A DNA stretch of 64,000 nt from Squalus acanthias (Eukaryota). The position numbers and the translations under genes are program-made. The stretch lies in the NCBI GenBank assembly GCA_030390025.1, contig CM059433.1, positions 1-64,000 on the forward strand. The letters run 5' to 3'. This document shows, piece by piece, positions 15,001 through 29,242 of the stretch (positions are counted from its first letter, which is position 1; the number at the start of each line of letters is the position of its first letter). The notes below the pieces were generated by a model. It was not told the origin of the DNA and searched no databases. It was given only the letters and a program-made list of their open reading frames with translations.

Positions 15001-18000
15001 ATGAACAGAGAGACCTGGGAGTGTATGAACAGAGAGACCTGGGAGTGTATGAACAGAGAGACCTGGGAGTGTATGAACAGAGAGACCTGGGAGTGTATGA
15101 ACAGAGAGACCTGGGAGTGTATGAACAGAGAGACCTGGGAGTGTATGAACAGAGAGACCTGGGAGTGTATGAACAGAGAGACCTGGGAGTGTATGAACAG
15201 AGAGACCTGGGAGTGTATGAACAGAGAGACCTGGGAGTGTATGAACAGAGAGACCTGGGAGTGTATGAACAGAGAGACCTGGGAGTGTATGAACAGAGAG
15301 ACCTGGGAGTGTATGAACAGAGAGACCTGGGAGTGTATGAACAGAGAGACCTGGGAGTGCAGGAACAGAGAGACCTGGGAGTGTATGAACAGAGAGACCT
15401 GGGAGTGTATGAACAGAGAGACCTGGGAGTGTATGAACAGAGAGACCTGGGAGTGTATGAACAGAGAGACCTGGGAGTGTATGAACAGAGAGACCTGGGA
15501 GTGTATGAACAGAGAGACCTGGAGTGTATGAACAGAGAGACCTGGGAGTGTATGAACAGAGAGACCTGGGAGTGTATGAACAGAGAGACCTGGGAGTGTA
15601 TGAACAGAGAGACCTGGGAGTGTATGAACAGAGAGACCTGGGAGTGTATGAACAGAGAGACCTGGGAGTGTATGAACAGAGAGACCTGGGAGTGTATGAA
15701 CAGAGAGACCTGGGAGTGTATGAACAGAGAGACCTGGGAGTGTATGAACAGAGAGACCTGGGAGTGTATGAACAGAGAGACCTGGGAGTGTATGAACAGA
15801 GAGACCTGGGAGTGCAGGAACAGAGAGACCTGGGAGTGTATGAACAGAGAGACCTGGGAGTGTATGAACAGAGAGACCTGGGAGTGTATGAACAGAGAGA
15901 CCTGGGAGTGTATGAACAGAGAGACCTGGGAGTGTATGAACAGAGAGACCTGGGAGTGCAGGAACAGAGAGACCTGGGAGTGTATGAACAGAGAGACCTG
16001 GGAGTGTATGAACAGAGAGACCTGGGAGTGTATGAATAGAGAGACCTGGAGTGTATGAACAGAGAGACCTGGGAGTGTATGAACAGAGAGACCTGGGAGT
16101 GTATGAACAGAGAGACCTGGGAGTGTATGAACAGAGAGACCTGGGAGTGTATGAACAGAGAGACCTGGGAGTGTATGAACAGAGAGACCTGGGAGTGTAT
16201 GAACAGAGAGACCTGGGAGTGTATGAACAGAGAGACCTGGGAGTGTATGAACAGAGAGACCTGGGAGTGTATGAACAGAGAGACCTGGGAGTGTATGAAC
16301 AGAGAGACCTGGGAGTGTATGAACAGAGAGACCTGGGAGTGTATGAACAGAGAGACCTGGGAGTGTATGAACAGAGAGACCTGGGAGTGTATGAACAGAG
16401 AGACCTGGGAGTGTATGAACAGAGAGACCTGGGAGTGTATGAACAGAGAGACCTGGGAGTGTATGAACAGAGAGACCTGGGAGTGTATGAACAGAGAGAC
16501 CTGGGAGTGTATGAACAGAGAGACCTGGGAGTGTATGAACAGAGAGACCTGGGAGTGTATGAACAGAGAGACCTGGGAGTGTATGAACAGAGAGACCTGG
16601 GAGTGTATGAACAGAGAGACCTGGGAGTGTATGAACAGAGAGACCTGGGAGTGTATGAACAGAGAGACCTGGGAGTGTATGAACAGAGAGACCTGGGAGT
16701 GTATGAACAGAGAGACCTGGGAGTGTATGAACAGAGAGACCTGGGAGTGTATGAACAGAGAGACCTGGGAGTGTATGAACAGAGAGACCTGGGAGTGTAT
16801 GAACAGAGAGACCTGGGAGTGTATGAACAGAGAGACCTGGGAGTGTATGAACAGAGAGACCTGGGAGTGTATGAACAGAGAGACCTGGGAGTGTATGAAC
16901 AGAGAGACCTGGGAGTGTATGAACAGAGAGACCTGGGAGTGTATGAACAGAGAGACCTGGGAGTGTATGAACAGAGAGACCTGGGAGTGTATGAACAGAG
17001 AGACCTGGGAGTGTATGAACAGAGAGACCTGGGAGTGTATGAACAGAGAGACCTGGGAGTGTATGAACAGAGAGACCTGGGAGTGTATGAACAGAGAGAC
17101 CTGGGAGTGTATGAACAGAGAGACCTGGGAGTGTATGAACAGAGAGACCTGGGAGTGTATGAACAGAGAGACCTGGGAGTGCAGGAACAGAGAGACCTGG
17201 GAGTGTATGAACAGAGAGACCTGGGAGTGTATGAACAGAGAGACCTGGGAGTGTATGAACAGAGAGACCTGGGAGTGTATGAACAGAGAGACCTGGGAGT
17301 GTATGAACAGAGAGACCTGGGAGTGTATGAACAGAGAGACCTGGGAGTGTATGAACAGAGAGACCTGGGAGTGTATGAACAGAGAGACCTGGGAGTGTAT
17401 GAACAGAGAGACCTGGGAGTGTATGAACAGAGAGACCTGGGAGTGTATGAACAGAGAGACCTGGGAGTGTATGAACAGAGAGACCTGGGAGTGTATGAAC
17501 AGAGAGACCTGGGAGTGTATGAACAGAGAGACCTGGGAGTGTATGAACAGAGAGACCTGGGAGTGTATGAACAGAGAGACCTGGGAGTGTATGAACAGAG
17601 AGACCTGGGAGTGTATGAACAGAGAGACCTGGGAGTGTATGAACAGAGAGACCTGGGAGTGTATGAACAGAGAGACCTGGGAGTGTATGAACAGAGAGAC
17701 CTGGGAGTGTATGAACAGAGAGACCTGGGAGTGTATGAACAGAGAGACCTGGGAGTGTATGAACAGAGAGACCTGGGAGTGTATGAACAGAGAGACCTGG
17801 GAGTGTATGAACAGAGAGACCTGGGAGTGTATGAACAGAGAGACCTGGGAGTGTATGAACAGAGAGACCTGGGAGTGTATGAACAGAGAGACCTGGGAGT
17901 GTATGAACAGAGAGACCTGGGAGTGTATGAACAGAGAGACCTGGGAGTGTATGAACAGAGAGACCTGGGAGTGCATGAACAGAGAGACCTGGGAGTGTAT

Positions 18001-21000
18001 GAACAGAGAGACCTGGGAGTGTATGAACAGAGAGACCTGGGAGTGTATGAACAGAGAGACCTGGGAGTGTATGAACAGAGAGACCTGGGAGTGTATGAAC
18101 AGAGAGACCTGGGAGTGTATGAACAGAGAGACCTGGGAGTGTATGAACAGAGAGACCTGGGAGTGTATGAACAGAGAGACCTGGGAGTGTATGAACAGAG
18201 AGACCTGGGAGTGTATGAACAGAGAGACCTGGGAGTGTATGAACAGAGAGACCTGGGAGTGTATGAACAGAGAGACCTGGGAGTGTATGAACAGAGAGAC
18301 CTGGGAGTGTATGAACAGAGAGACCTGGGAGTGTATGAACAGAGAGACCTGGGAGTGTATGAACAGAGAGACCTGGGAGTGCATGAACAGAGAGACCTGG
18401 GAGTGTATGAACAGAGAGACCTGGGAGTGTATGAACAGAGAGACCTGGGAGTGTATGAACAGAGAGACCTGGGAGTGTATGAACAGAGAGACCTGGGAGT
18501 GTATGAACAGAGAGACCTGGGAGTGTATGAACAGAGAGACCTGGGAGTGCAGGAACAGAGAGACCTGGGAGTGTATGAACAGAGAGACCTGGGAGTGTAT
18601 GAACAGAGAGACCTGGGAGTGTATGAACAGAGAGACCTGGGAGTGTATGAACAGAGAGACCTGGGAGTGTATGAACAGAGAGACCTGGAGTGTATGAACA
18701 GAGAGACCTGGGAGTGTATGAACAGAGAGACCTGGGAGTGTATGAACAGAGAGACCTGGAGTGTATGAACAGAGAGACCTGGGAGTGTATGAACAGAGAG
18801 ACCTGGGAGTGTATGAACAGAGAGACCTGGGAGTGTATGAACAGAGAGACCTGGGAGTGTATGAACAGAGAGACCTGGGAGTGTATGAACAGAGAGACCT
18901 GGGAGTGTATGAACAGAGAGACCTGGGAGTGTATGAACAGAGAGACCTGGGAGTGCATGAACAGAGAGACCTGGGAGTGTATGAACAGAGAGACCTGGGA
19001 GTGCAGGAACAGAGAGACCTGGGAGTGTATGAACAGAGAGACCTGGGAGTGTATGAACAGAGAGACCTGGGAGTGTATGAACAGAGAGACCTGGGAGTGT
19101 ATGAACAGAGAGACCTGGGAGTGTATGAACAGAGAGACCTGGGAGTGTATGAACAGAGAGACCTGGGAGTGTATGAACAGAGAGACCTGGGAGTGTATGA
19201 ACAGAGAGACCTGGGAGTGTATGAACAGAGAGACCTGGGAGTGTATGAACAGAGAGACCTGGGAGTGTATGAACAGAGAGACCTGGGAGTGTATGAACAG
19301 AGAGACCTGGGAGTGTATGAACAGAGAGACCTGGGAGTGCAGGAACAGAGAGACCTGGAGTGTATGAACAGAGAGACCTGGGAGTGTATGAACAGAGAGA
19401 CCTGGGAGTGTATGAACAGAGAGACCTGGGAGTGTATGAACAGAGAGACCTGGGAGTGTATGAACAGAGAGACCTGGGAGTGTATGAACAGAGAGACCTG
19501 GGAGTGTATGAACAGAGAGACCTGGGAGTGTAGGAACAGAGAGACCTGGGAGTGTATGAACAGAGAGACCTGGGAGTGCAGGAACAGAGAGACCTGGGAG
19601 TGTATGAACAGAGAGACCTGGGAGTGTATGAACAGAGAGACCTGGGAGTGCAGGAACAGAGAGACCTGGGAGTGTATGAACAGAGAGACCTGGGAGTGTA
19701 TGAACAGAGAGACCTGGGAGTGTATGAACAGAGAGACCTGGGAGTGTATGAACAGAGAGACCTGGGAGTGTATGAACAGAGAGACCTGGGAGTGTATGAA
19801 CAGAGAGACCTGGGAGTGTATGAACAGAGAGACCTGGGAGTGTATGAACAGAGAGACCTGGGAGTGTATGAACAGAGAGACCTGGGAGTGTATGAACAGA
19901 GAGACCTGGGAGTGTATGAACAGAGAGACCTGGGAGTGTATGAACAGAGAGACCTGGGAGTGTATGAACAGAGAGACCTGGGAGTGTATGAACAGAGAGA
20001 CCTGGGAGTGTATGAACAGAGAGACCTGGGAGTGTATGAACAGAGAGACCTGGGAGTGCAGGAACAGAGAGACCTGGGAGTGTATGAACAGAGAGACCTG
20101 GGAGTGTATGAACAGAGAGACCTGGGAGTGCAGGAACAGAGAGACCTGGGAGTGTATGAACAGAGAGACCTGGGAGTGTATGAACAGAGAGACCTGGGAG
20201 TGTATGAACAGAGAGACCTGGGAGTGCAGGAACAGAGAGACCTGGGAGTGTATGAACAGAGAGACCTGGGAGTGTATGAACAGAGAGACCTGGGAGTGTA
20301 TGAACAGAGAGACCTGGGAGTGTATGAACAGAGAGACCTGGGAGTGTATGAACAGAGAGACCTGGGAGTGTATGAACAGAGAGACCTGGGAGTGTATGAA
20401 CAGAGAGACCTGGGAGTGTATGAACAGAGAGACCTGGGAGTGTATGAACAGAGAGACCTGGGAGTGTATGAACAGAGAGACCTGGGAGTGTATGAACAGA
20501 GAGACCTGGGAGTGTATGAACAGAGAGACCTGGGAGTGTATGAACAGAGAGACCTGGGAGTGCAGGAACAGAGAGACCTGGGAGTGTATGAACAGAGAGA
20601 CCTGGGAGTGTATGAACAGAGAGACCTGGGAGTGTATGAACAGAGAGACCTGGGAGTGTATGAACAGAGAGACCTGGGAGTGTATGAACAGAGAGACCTG
20701 GGAGTGTATGAACAGAGAGACCTGGGAGTGTATGAACAGAGAGACCTGGGAGTGTATGAATAGAGAGACCTGGGAGTGTATGAACAGAGAGACCTGGGAG
20801 TGCAGGAACAGAGAGACCTGGGAGTGTAGGAACAGAGAGACCTGGGAGTGTATGAACAGAGAGACCTGGGAGTGTATGAACAGAGAGACCTGGGAGTGTA
20901 TGAACAGAGAGACCTGGGAGTGTATGAACAGAGAGACCTGGGAGTGTATGAACAGAGAGACCTGGGAGTGTATGAACAGAGAGACCTGGGAGTGTATGAA

Positions 21001-24000
21001 CAGAGAGACCTGGGAGTGTATGAACAGAGAGACCTGGGAGTGTATGAACAGAGAGACCTGGGAGTGTATGAACAGAGAGACCTGGGAGTGTATGAACAGA
21101 GAGACCTGGGAGTGTAGGAACAGAGAGACCTGGGAGTGTATGAACAGAGAGACCTGGGAGTGTATGAACAGAGAGACCTGGGAGTGTATGAACAGAGAGA
21201 CCTGGGAGTGTATGAACAGAGAGACCTGGGAGTGTATGAACAGAGAGACCTGGGAGTGTATGAACAGAGAGACCTGGGAGTGTATGAACAGAGAGACCTG
21301 GGAGTGTATGAACAGAGAGACCTGGGAGTGCAGGAACAGAGAGACCTGGGAGTGCATGAACAGAGAGACCTGGGAGTGTATGAACAGAGAGACCTGGGAG
21401 TGTATGAACAGAGAGACCTGGGAGTGCAGGAACAGAGAGACCTGGGAGTGTATGAACAGAGAGACCTGGGAGTGTATGAACAGAGAGACCTGGGAGTGCA
21501 GGAACAGAGAGACCTGGGAGTGTATGAACAGAGAGACCTGGGAGTGTATGAACAGAGAGACCTGGGAGTGTATGAACAGAGAGACCTGGGAGTGCAGGAA
21601 CAGAGAGACCTGGGAGTGTATGAACAGAGAGACCTGGGAGTGTATGAACAGAGAGACCTGGGAGTGTATGAACAGAGAGACCTGGGAGTGCAGGAACAGA
21701 GAGACCTGGGAGTGTATGAACAGAGAGACCTGGGAGTGTATGAACAGAGAGACCTGGGAGTGTATGAACAGAGAGACCTGGGAGTGTATGAACAGAGAGA
21801 CCTGGGAGTGTATGAACAGAGAGACCTGGGAGTGTATGAACAGAGAGACCTGGGAGTGCAGGAACAGAGAGACCTGGGAGTGTATGAACAGAGAGACCTG
21901 GGAGTGTATGAACAGAGAGACCTGGGAGTGTATGAACAGAGAGACCTGGGAGTGTATGAACAGAGAGACCTGGGAGTGTATGAACAGAGAGACCTGGGAG
22001 TGTATGAACAGAGAGACCTGGGAGTGTATGAACAGAGAGACCTGGGAGTGTATGAACAGAGAGACCTGGGAGTGTATGAACAGAGAGACCTGGGAGTGTA
22101 TGAACAGAGAGACCTGGGAGTGTATGAACAGAGAGACCTGGGAGTGTAGGAACAGAGAGACCTGGGAGTGTATGAACAGAGAGACCTGGGAGTGTATGAA
22201 CAGAGAGACCTGGGAGTGTATGAACAGAGAGACCTGGGAGTGTATGAACAGAGAGACCTGGGAGTGTATGAACAGAGAGACCTGGGAGTGTATGAACAGA
22301 GAGACCTGGAGTGTATGAACAGAGAGACCTGGAGTGTATGAACAGAGAGACCTGGGAGTGTATGAACAGAGAGACCTGGGAGTGTATGAACAGAGAGACC
22401 TGGGAGTGCATGAACAGAGAGACCTGGGAGTGTATGAACAGAGAGACCTGGGAGTGTATGAACAGAGAGACCTGGGAGTGTATGAACAGAGAGACCTGGG
22501 AGTGTATGAACAGAGAGACCTGGGAGTGTATGAACAGAGAGACCTGGGAGTGCAGGAACAGAGAGACCTGGGAGTGCAGGAACAGAGAGACCTGGGAGTG
22601 TATGAACAGAGAGACCTGGGAGTGTATGAATAGAGAGACCTGGGAGTGTATGAACAGAGAGACCTGGGAGTGTATGAACAGAGAGACCTGGGAGTGTATG
22701 AACAGAGAGACCTGGGAGTGTATGAATAGAGAGACCTGGGAGTGTATGAATAGAGAGACCTGGAAGTGCAGGAACAGAGAGACCTGGGAGTGTATGAATA
22801 GAGAGACCTGGGAGTGCAGGAACAGAGAGACCTGGGAGTGTATGAACAGAGAGAGCCTGGGAGTGTATGAACAGAGAGACCTGGGAGTGTATGAACAGAG
22901 AGACCTGGGAGTGTATGAACAGAGAGACCTGGGAGTGTATGAACAGAGAGACCTGGGAGTGTATGAACAGAGAGACCTGGGAGTGTATGAACAGAGAGAC
23001 CTGGGAGTGTATGAACAGAGAGACCTGGGAGTGTATGAACAGAGAGACCTGGGAGTGCAGGAGCAGAGAGACCTGGGAGTGCAGGGACAGAGAGACCTGG
23101 AGTGTATGAACAGAGAGACCTGGGAGTGTATGAACAGAGAGACCTCGGAGTGTATGAACAGAGAGACCTGGGAGTGTATGAACAGAGAGACCTGGAGTGT
23201 ATGAACAGAGAGACCTGGTAGTGCAGGAACAGAGAGACCTTGGAGTGTATGAATAGAGAGACCTGGGAGTGTATGAACAGAGAGACCTGGGAGTGTATGA
23301 ACAGAGAGACCTGGGAGTGCAGGAACAGAGAGACCTGGGAGTGTAGGAACAGAGAGACCTGGGAGTGTATGAACAGAGAGACCTGGGAGTGTATGAACAG
23401 AGAGACCTGGGAGTGTATGAACAGAGAGACCTGGAGTGTTTGAATAGAGAGACCTGGGAGTGTATGAACAGAGAGACCTGGGAGTGTATGAACAGAGAGA
23501 CCTGGGAGTGCAGGAACAGAGAGACCTGGGAGTGTATGAATAGAGAGACCTGGGAGTGTATGAACAGAGAGACCTGGGAGTGCAGGAACAGAGAGACCTG
23601 GGAGTGTATGAACAGAGAGACCTGGGATTGTAGGAACAGAGAGACCTGGGAGTGTATGAACAGAGAGACCTGGAAGTGTATGAACAGAGAGACCTGGGAG
23701 TGTATGAATAGAGAGACCTGGGAGTGTATGAACAGAGAGACCTGGGAGTGCAGGTACCGAGAGACCTGGGAGTGTATGAACAGAGAGACCTGGGATTGCA
23801 GGAACAGAGAGACCTGGGAGTGTATGAACAGAGAGACCTGGAAGTGTATGAACAGTGAGACCTGGGAGTGTATGAACAGAGAGACCTGGGAGTGCAGGAA
23901 CAGAGAGACCTGGGAGTGTATGAACAGAGAGACCTGGGAGTGTATGAACAGAGAGACCTGGGAGTGTATGAACAGAGCTCCTGGGAGTGTATGAACAGAG

Positions 24001-27000
24001 AGACCTGGGAGTGTATGAACAGAGAGACCTGGGAGTGTATGAACAGAGAGACCTGGGAGTGCAGGAACAGAGAGACCTGGGAGTGCAGGAACAGAGAGAC
24101 CTGGGAGTGTATGAATAGAGAGACCTGGGAGTGTATGAACAGAGAGACCTGGGAGTGCAGGAACAGAGAGACCTGGGAGTGTATGAACAGAGAGACCTGG
24201 GAGTGTATGAACAGAGAGACCTGGGAGTGCAGGAACAGAGAGACCTGGGAGTGTATGAACAGAGAGACCTGGGAGTGTATGAACAGAGAGACCTGGGAGT
24301 GTATGAACAGAGAGACCTGGGAGTGCAGGAACAGAGAGACCTGGGAGTGTATGAACAGAGAGACCTGGGAGTGTATGAACAGAGAGACCTGGGAGTGTAT
24401 GAACAGAGAGACCTGGGAGTGTATGAACAGAGAGACCTGGGAGTGTATGAACAGAGAGACCTGGGAGTGTATGAACAGAGAGACCTGGGAGTGCAGGAAC
24501 AGAGAGACCTGGGAGTGTATGAACAGAGAGACCTGGGAGTGTATGAACAGAGAGACCTGGGAGTGTATGAACAGAGAGACCTGGGAGTGTATGAACAGAG
24601 AGACCTGGGAGTGTATGAACAGAGAGACCTGGGAGTGTATGAACAGAGAGACCTGGGAGTGTATGAACAGAGAGACCTGGGAGTGTATGAACAGAGAGAC
24701 CTGGGAGTGTATGAACAGAGAGACCTGGAGTGTATGAACAGAGAGACCTGGGAGTGTATGAACAGAGAGACCTGGGAGTGTATGAACAGAGAGACCTAGG
24801 AGTGTATGAACAGAGAGACCTGGGAGTGCAGGAACAGAGAGACCTGGGAGTGCAGGAACAGAGAGACCTGGGAGTGCATGAACAGAGAGACCTGGGAGTG
24901 TATGAACAGAGAGACCTGGGAGTGTATGAACAGAGAGACCTGGGAGTGTATGAACAGAGAGACCTGGGAGTGCAGGAACAGAGAGACCTGGGAGTGTATG
25001 AACAGAGAGACCTGGGAGTGCAGGAACAGAGAGACCTGGGAGTGTATGAATAGAGAGACCTAGGAGTGTATGAATAGAGAGACCTGGAAGTGTATGAACA
25101 GAGAGACCTGGGAGTGTATGAACAGAGAGACCTGAGAGTGTATGAACAGAGAGACCTGGGAGTGTATGAATAGAGAGACCTGGGAGTGTATGAACAGAGA
25201 GACCTGGGAGTGTATGAACAGAGAGACCTGGGAGTGTATGAAGAGAGAGACCTGGGAGTGTATGAACAGAGAGACCTGGGAGTGTATGAACAGAGAGACC
25301 TGGGAGTGTATGAACAGAGAGACCTGGGAGTGTATGAATAGAGAGACCTGGGAGTGTATGAATAGAGAGATCTGGAAGTGTATGAACAGAGAGACCTGGG
25401 AGTGCAGGAACAGAGAGACCTGGGAGTGCAGGAACAGAGAGACCTGGGAGTGTATGAACAGAGAGACCTGGGAGTGTATGAACAGAGAGACCTGGGAGTG
25501 TATGAACAGAGAGACCTGGGAGTGTATGAACAGAGAGACCTGGGAGTGTATGAACAGAGAGACCTGGGAGTGTATGAACAGAGAGACCTGGGAGTGTATG
25601 AATAGAGAGACCTGGGAGTGTATGAACAGAGAGACCTGGGAGTGTATGAATAGAGAGACCTGGGAGTGTATGAACAGAGAGACCTGGGAGTGTATGAATA
25701 GAGAGACCTGGGAGTGTATGAACAGAGAGACCTGGTAGTGTATGAACAGAGAGACCTGGGAGTGTATGAACAGAGAGACCTGGGAGTGTATGAACAGAGA
25801 GACCTGGGAGTGTATGAATAGAGAGACCTGGGAGTGTATGAACAGAGAGAACTGGGAGTGTATGAACAGAGAGACCTGGGAGTGTATGAACAGAGAGACC
25901 TGGGAGTGTATGAACAGAGAGACCTGGGAGTGTATGAGCAGAGAGACCTGGGAGTGTAGGACAGAGAGACCTGGGAGTGTATGAACAGAGAGACCTGGGA
26001 GTGTATGAACAGAGAGACCTCGGAGTGTATGAACAGAGAGACCTGGGAGTGTATGAACAGAGAGACCTGGAAGTGCAGGAACAGATAGACCTGGTAGTGC
26101 AGGAACAGAGAGACCTGGGAGTGTATGAACAGAGAGACCTGGGAGTGTATGAACAGAGAGACCTGGGAGTGTATGAACAGAGAGACCTGGGAGTGCAGGA
26201 ACAGAGAGACCTGGGAGTGCAGGAACAGAGAGACCTGGGAGTGTATGAACAGAGAGACCTGGGAGTGTATGAACAGAGAGACCTGGGAGTGTATGAACAG
26301 AGAGACCTGGGAGTGTATGAACAGAGAGACCTGGGAGTGTATGAACAGAGAGACCTGGGAGTGCAGGAACAGAGAGACCTGGGAGTGTATGAACAGAGAG
26401 ACCTGGGAGTGTATGAACAGAGAGACCTGGGAGTGTATGAACAGAGAGACCTGGGAGTGTATGAACAGAGAGACCTGGGAGTGTATGAACAGAGAGACCT
26501 GGGAGTGTATGAACAGAGAGACCTGGGAGTGTATGAACAGAGAGACCTGGGAGTGTATGAACAGAGAGACCTGGGAGTGTATGAACAGAGAGACCTGGGA
26601 GTGTATGAACAGAGAGACCTGGGCGTGTTTGAATAGAGAGACCTGGGAGTGTATGAACAGAGAGACCTGGGAGTGTATGAACAGAGTGAACTGGGAGTGC
26701 AGGAACAGAGAGACCTGGGAGTGTATGAATAGAGAGACCTGGGAGTGTCTGAACAGAGAGACCTGGGAGTGCAGGAACCGAGAGACCTGGGAGTGCAGGA
26801 ACAGAGAGACCTGGGATTGCAGGAACAGAGAGACCTGGGAGTGTATGAACAGAGAGACCTGGAAGTGTATGAACAGAGAGACCTGGGAGTGTATGAATAG
26901 AGAGACCTGGGAGTGTATGAACAGAGAGACCTGGGAGTGCAGGTACCGAGAGACCTGGGAGTGTATGAACAGAGAGACCTGGGATTGCAGGAACAGAGAG

Positions 27001-29242
27001 ACCTGGGAGTGTATGAACAGAGAGACCTGGAAGTGTATGAACAGAGAGACCTGGGAGTGTATGAAGAGAGAGACCTGGGAGTGTATGAACAGAGAGACCT
27101 GGGAGTGTATGAACAGAGAGACCTGGGAGTGCAGGTACCGAGAGACCTGGGAGTGTATGAACAGAGAGACCTGGGAGTGTATGAACAGAGAGACCTGGGA
27201 GTGTATGAACAGAGAGACCTGGGAGTGCAGGAACAGAGAGACCTGGGAGTGCAGGAACAGAGAGACCTGGGTGTGTATGAACAGAGAGACCTGGGAGTGT
27301 ATGAACAGAGAGACCTGGGAGTGTATGAACAGAGAGACCTGGGAGTGTATGAACAGAGAGACCTGGGAGTGCAGGAACAGAGAGACCTGGGAGTGTATGA
27401 ACAGAGAGACCTGGGAGTGTATGAATAGAGAGACCTGGGAGTGTATGAACAGAGAGAACTGGGAGTGTATGAACAGAGAGATCTGGGAGTGTATGAACAG
27501 AGAGACGTGGGAGTGTATGAACAGAGAGACCTGGGAGTGCAGGAGCAGAGAAACCTGGGAGTGCAGGGACAGAGAGACCTGGCAGTGTATGAACAGAGAG
27601 ACCTGGGAGTGTATGAACAGAGAGACCTCGGAGTGTATGAACAGAGAGACCTGGGAGTGTATGAACAGAGAGACCTGGAAGTGCAGGAACAGGTAGACCT
27701 GGTAGTGCAGGAACAGAGAGACCTTGGAGTGTATGAATAGAGAGACCTGGGAGTGTATGAACAGAGAGACCTGGGAGTGTATGAACAGAGAGACCTGGGA
27801 GTGCAGGAGCAGAGAGACCAGGGAGCGTATGAATAGAGAGACCTGGGAGTGTATGAACAGAGAGACCTGGGAGTGTATGAACAGAGAGACCTGGGAGTGC
27901 AGGAACAGAGAGACCTGGGAGTGCAGGAACAGAGAGACCTGGGAGTGTATGAACAGAGAGACCTGGGAGTGTATGAACAGAGAGACCTGGGAGTGTATGA
28001 ACAGAGAGACCTGGGAGTGTATGAACAGAGAGACCTGGGAGTGTATGAACAGAGAGACCTGGGAGTGTATGAACAGAGAGACCTGGGCGTGTTTGAATAG
28101 AGAGACCTGGGAGTGTATGAACAGAGAGACCTGGGAGTGTATGAACAGAGAGACCTGGGAGTGCAGGAACCGAGAGACCTGGGAGTGTATGAACAGAGAG
28201 ACCTGGGAGTGTATGAACAGAGAGACCTGGAAGTGTATGAACAGAGAGAACTGGGAGTGTTTGAACAGAGAGACCTGGGAGTGTATGAACAGAGAGACCT
28301 GGGAGTGTATGAACACAGAGACCTGGGAGTGTATGAACACAGAGACCTGGGAGTGTATGAACAGAGAGACCTGGGAGTGCAGGAATAGAGAGAGCTGGGA
28401 GTGCAGGAACAGAGAGACCTGGGAGTGCAGGAACAGAGAGACCTGGGAGTGCAGGAACAGAGAGACCTCGGAGTGCAGGAACAGAGAGACCTGGGAGTGT
28501 ATGAACAGAGAGACCTGGAAGTGTATGAACAGAGAGACCTGGGAGTGTATGAACAGAGAGACCTGGGAGTGTATGAACAGAGAGACCTGGGAGTGTATGA
28601 ACAGAGAGACCTGGGAGTGTATGAACAGAGAGACCTGGGAGTGTATGAACAGAGAGACCTGGGAGTGTATGAACAGAGAGACCTGGGAGTGTATGAACAG
28701 AGAGACCTGGGAGTGTATGAACAGAGAGACCTGGGAGTGTATGAACAGAGAGACCTGGGAGTGTATGAACAGAGAGACCTGGGAGTGTATGAACAGAGAG
28801 ACCTGGGAGTGTATGAACAGAGAGACCTGGGAGTGTATGAACAGAGAGACCTGGGAGTGTATGAATAGAGAGACCTGGGAGTGTATGAACAGAGAGACCT
28901 GGGAGTGTATGAACAGAGAGACCTGGGAGTGTATAAACAGAGAGACCTGGGAGTGTATGAACAGAGAGACCTGGGAGTGTATGAACAGAGAGACCTGGGA
29001 GTGTATGAACAGAGAGACCTGGGAGTGTATGAACAGAGAGACCTGGGAGTGTATGAACAGAGCGACCTGGGAGTCTATGAACAGAGAGACCTGGGAGTGT
29101 ATGAACAGAGAGACCTGGGAGTGTATGAACAGAGAGACCTGGGAGTGAATGAACAGAGAGACCTGGGAGTGTATGAACACAGAGACCAGGGAGTGTATGA
29201 ACAGAGAGACCTGGGAGTGTATAAACAGAGAGACCTGGGAGT
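1..29242 (+). repeat. 24-bp tandem satellite array (>1200 units), consensus GAACAGAGAGACCTGGGAGTGTAT with frequent GTGCAG variant
   Basis: Directly visible; 60-nt lines recur every 120 nt (5 units); all frames give 8-aa repeats (YEQRDLGV / MNRETWEC / HSQVSLFI). Continues past the window start. Confidence 0.99.

Noticed and set aside
1..29242. CRISPR array or telomeric repeat
   Set aside because: No unique spacers, no cas genes, eukaryotic context; the unit is not TTAGGG-like.
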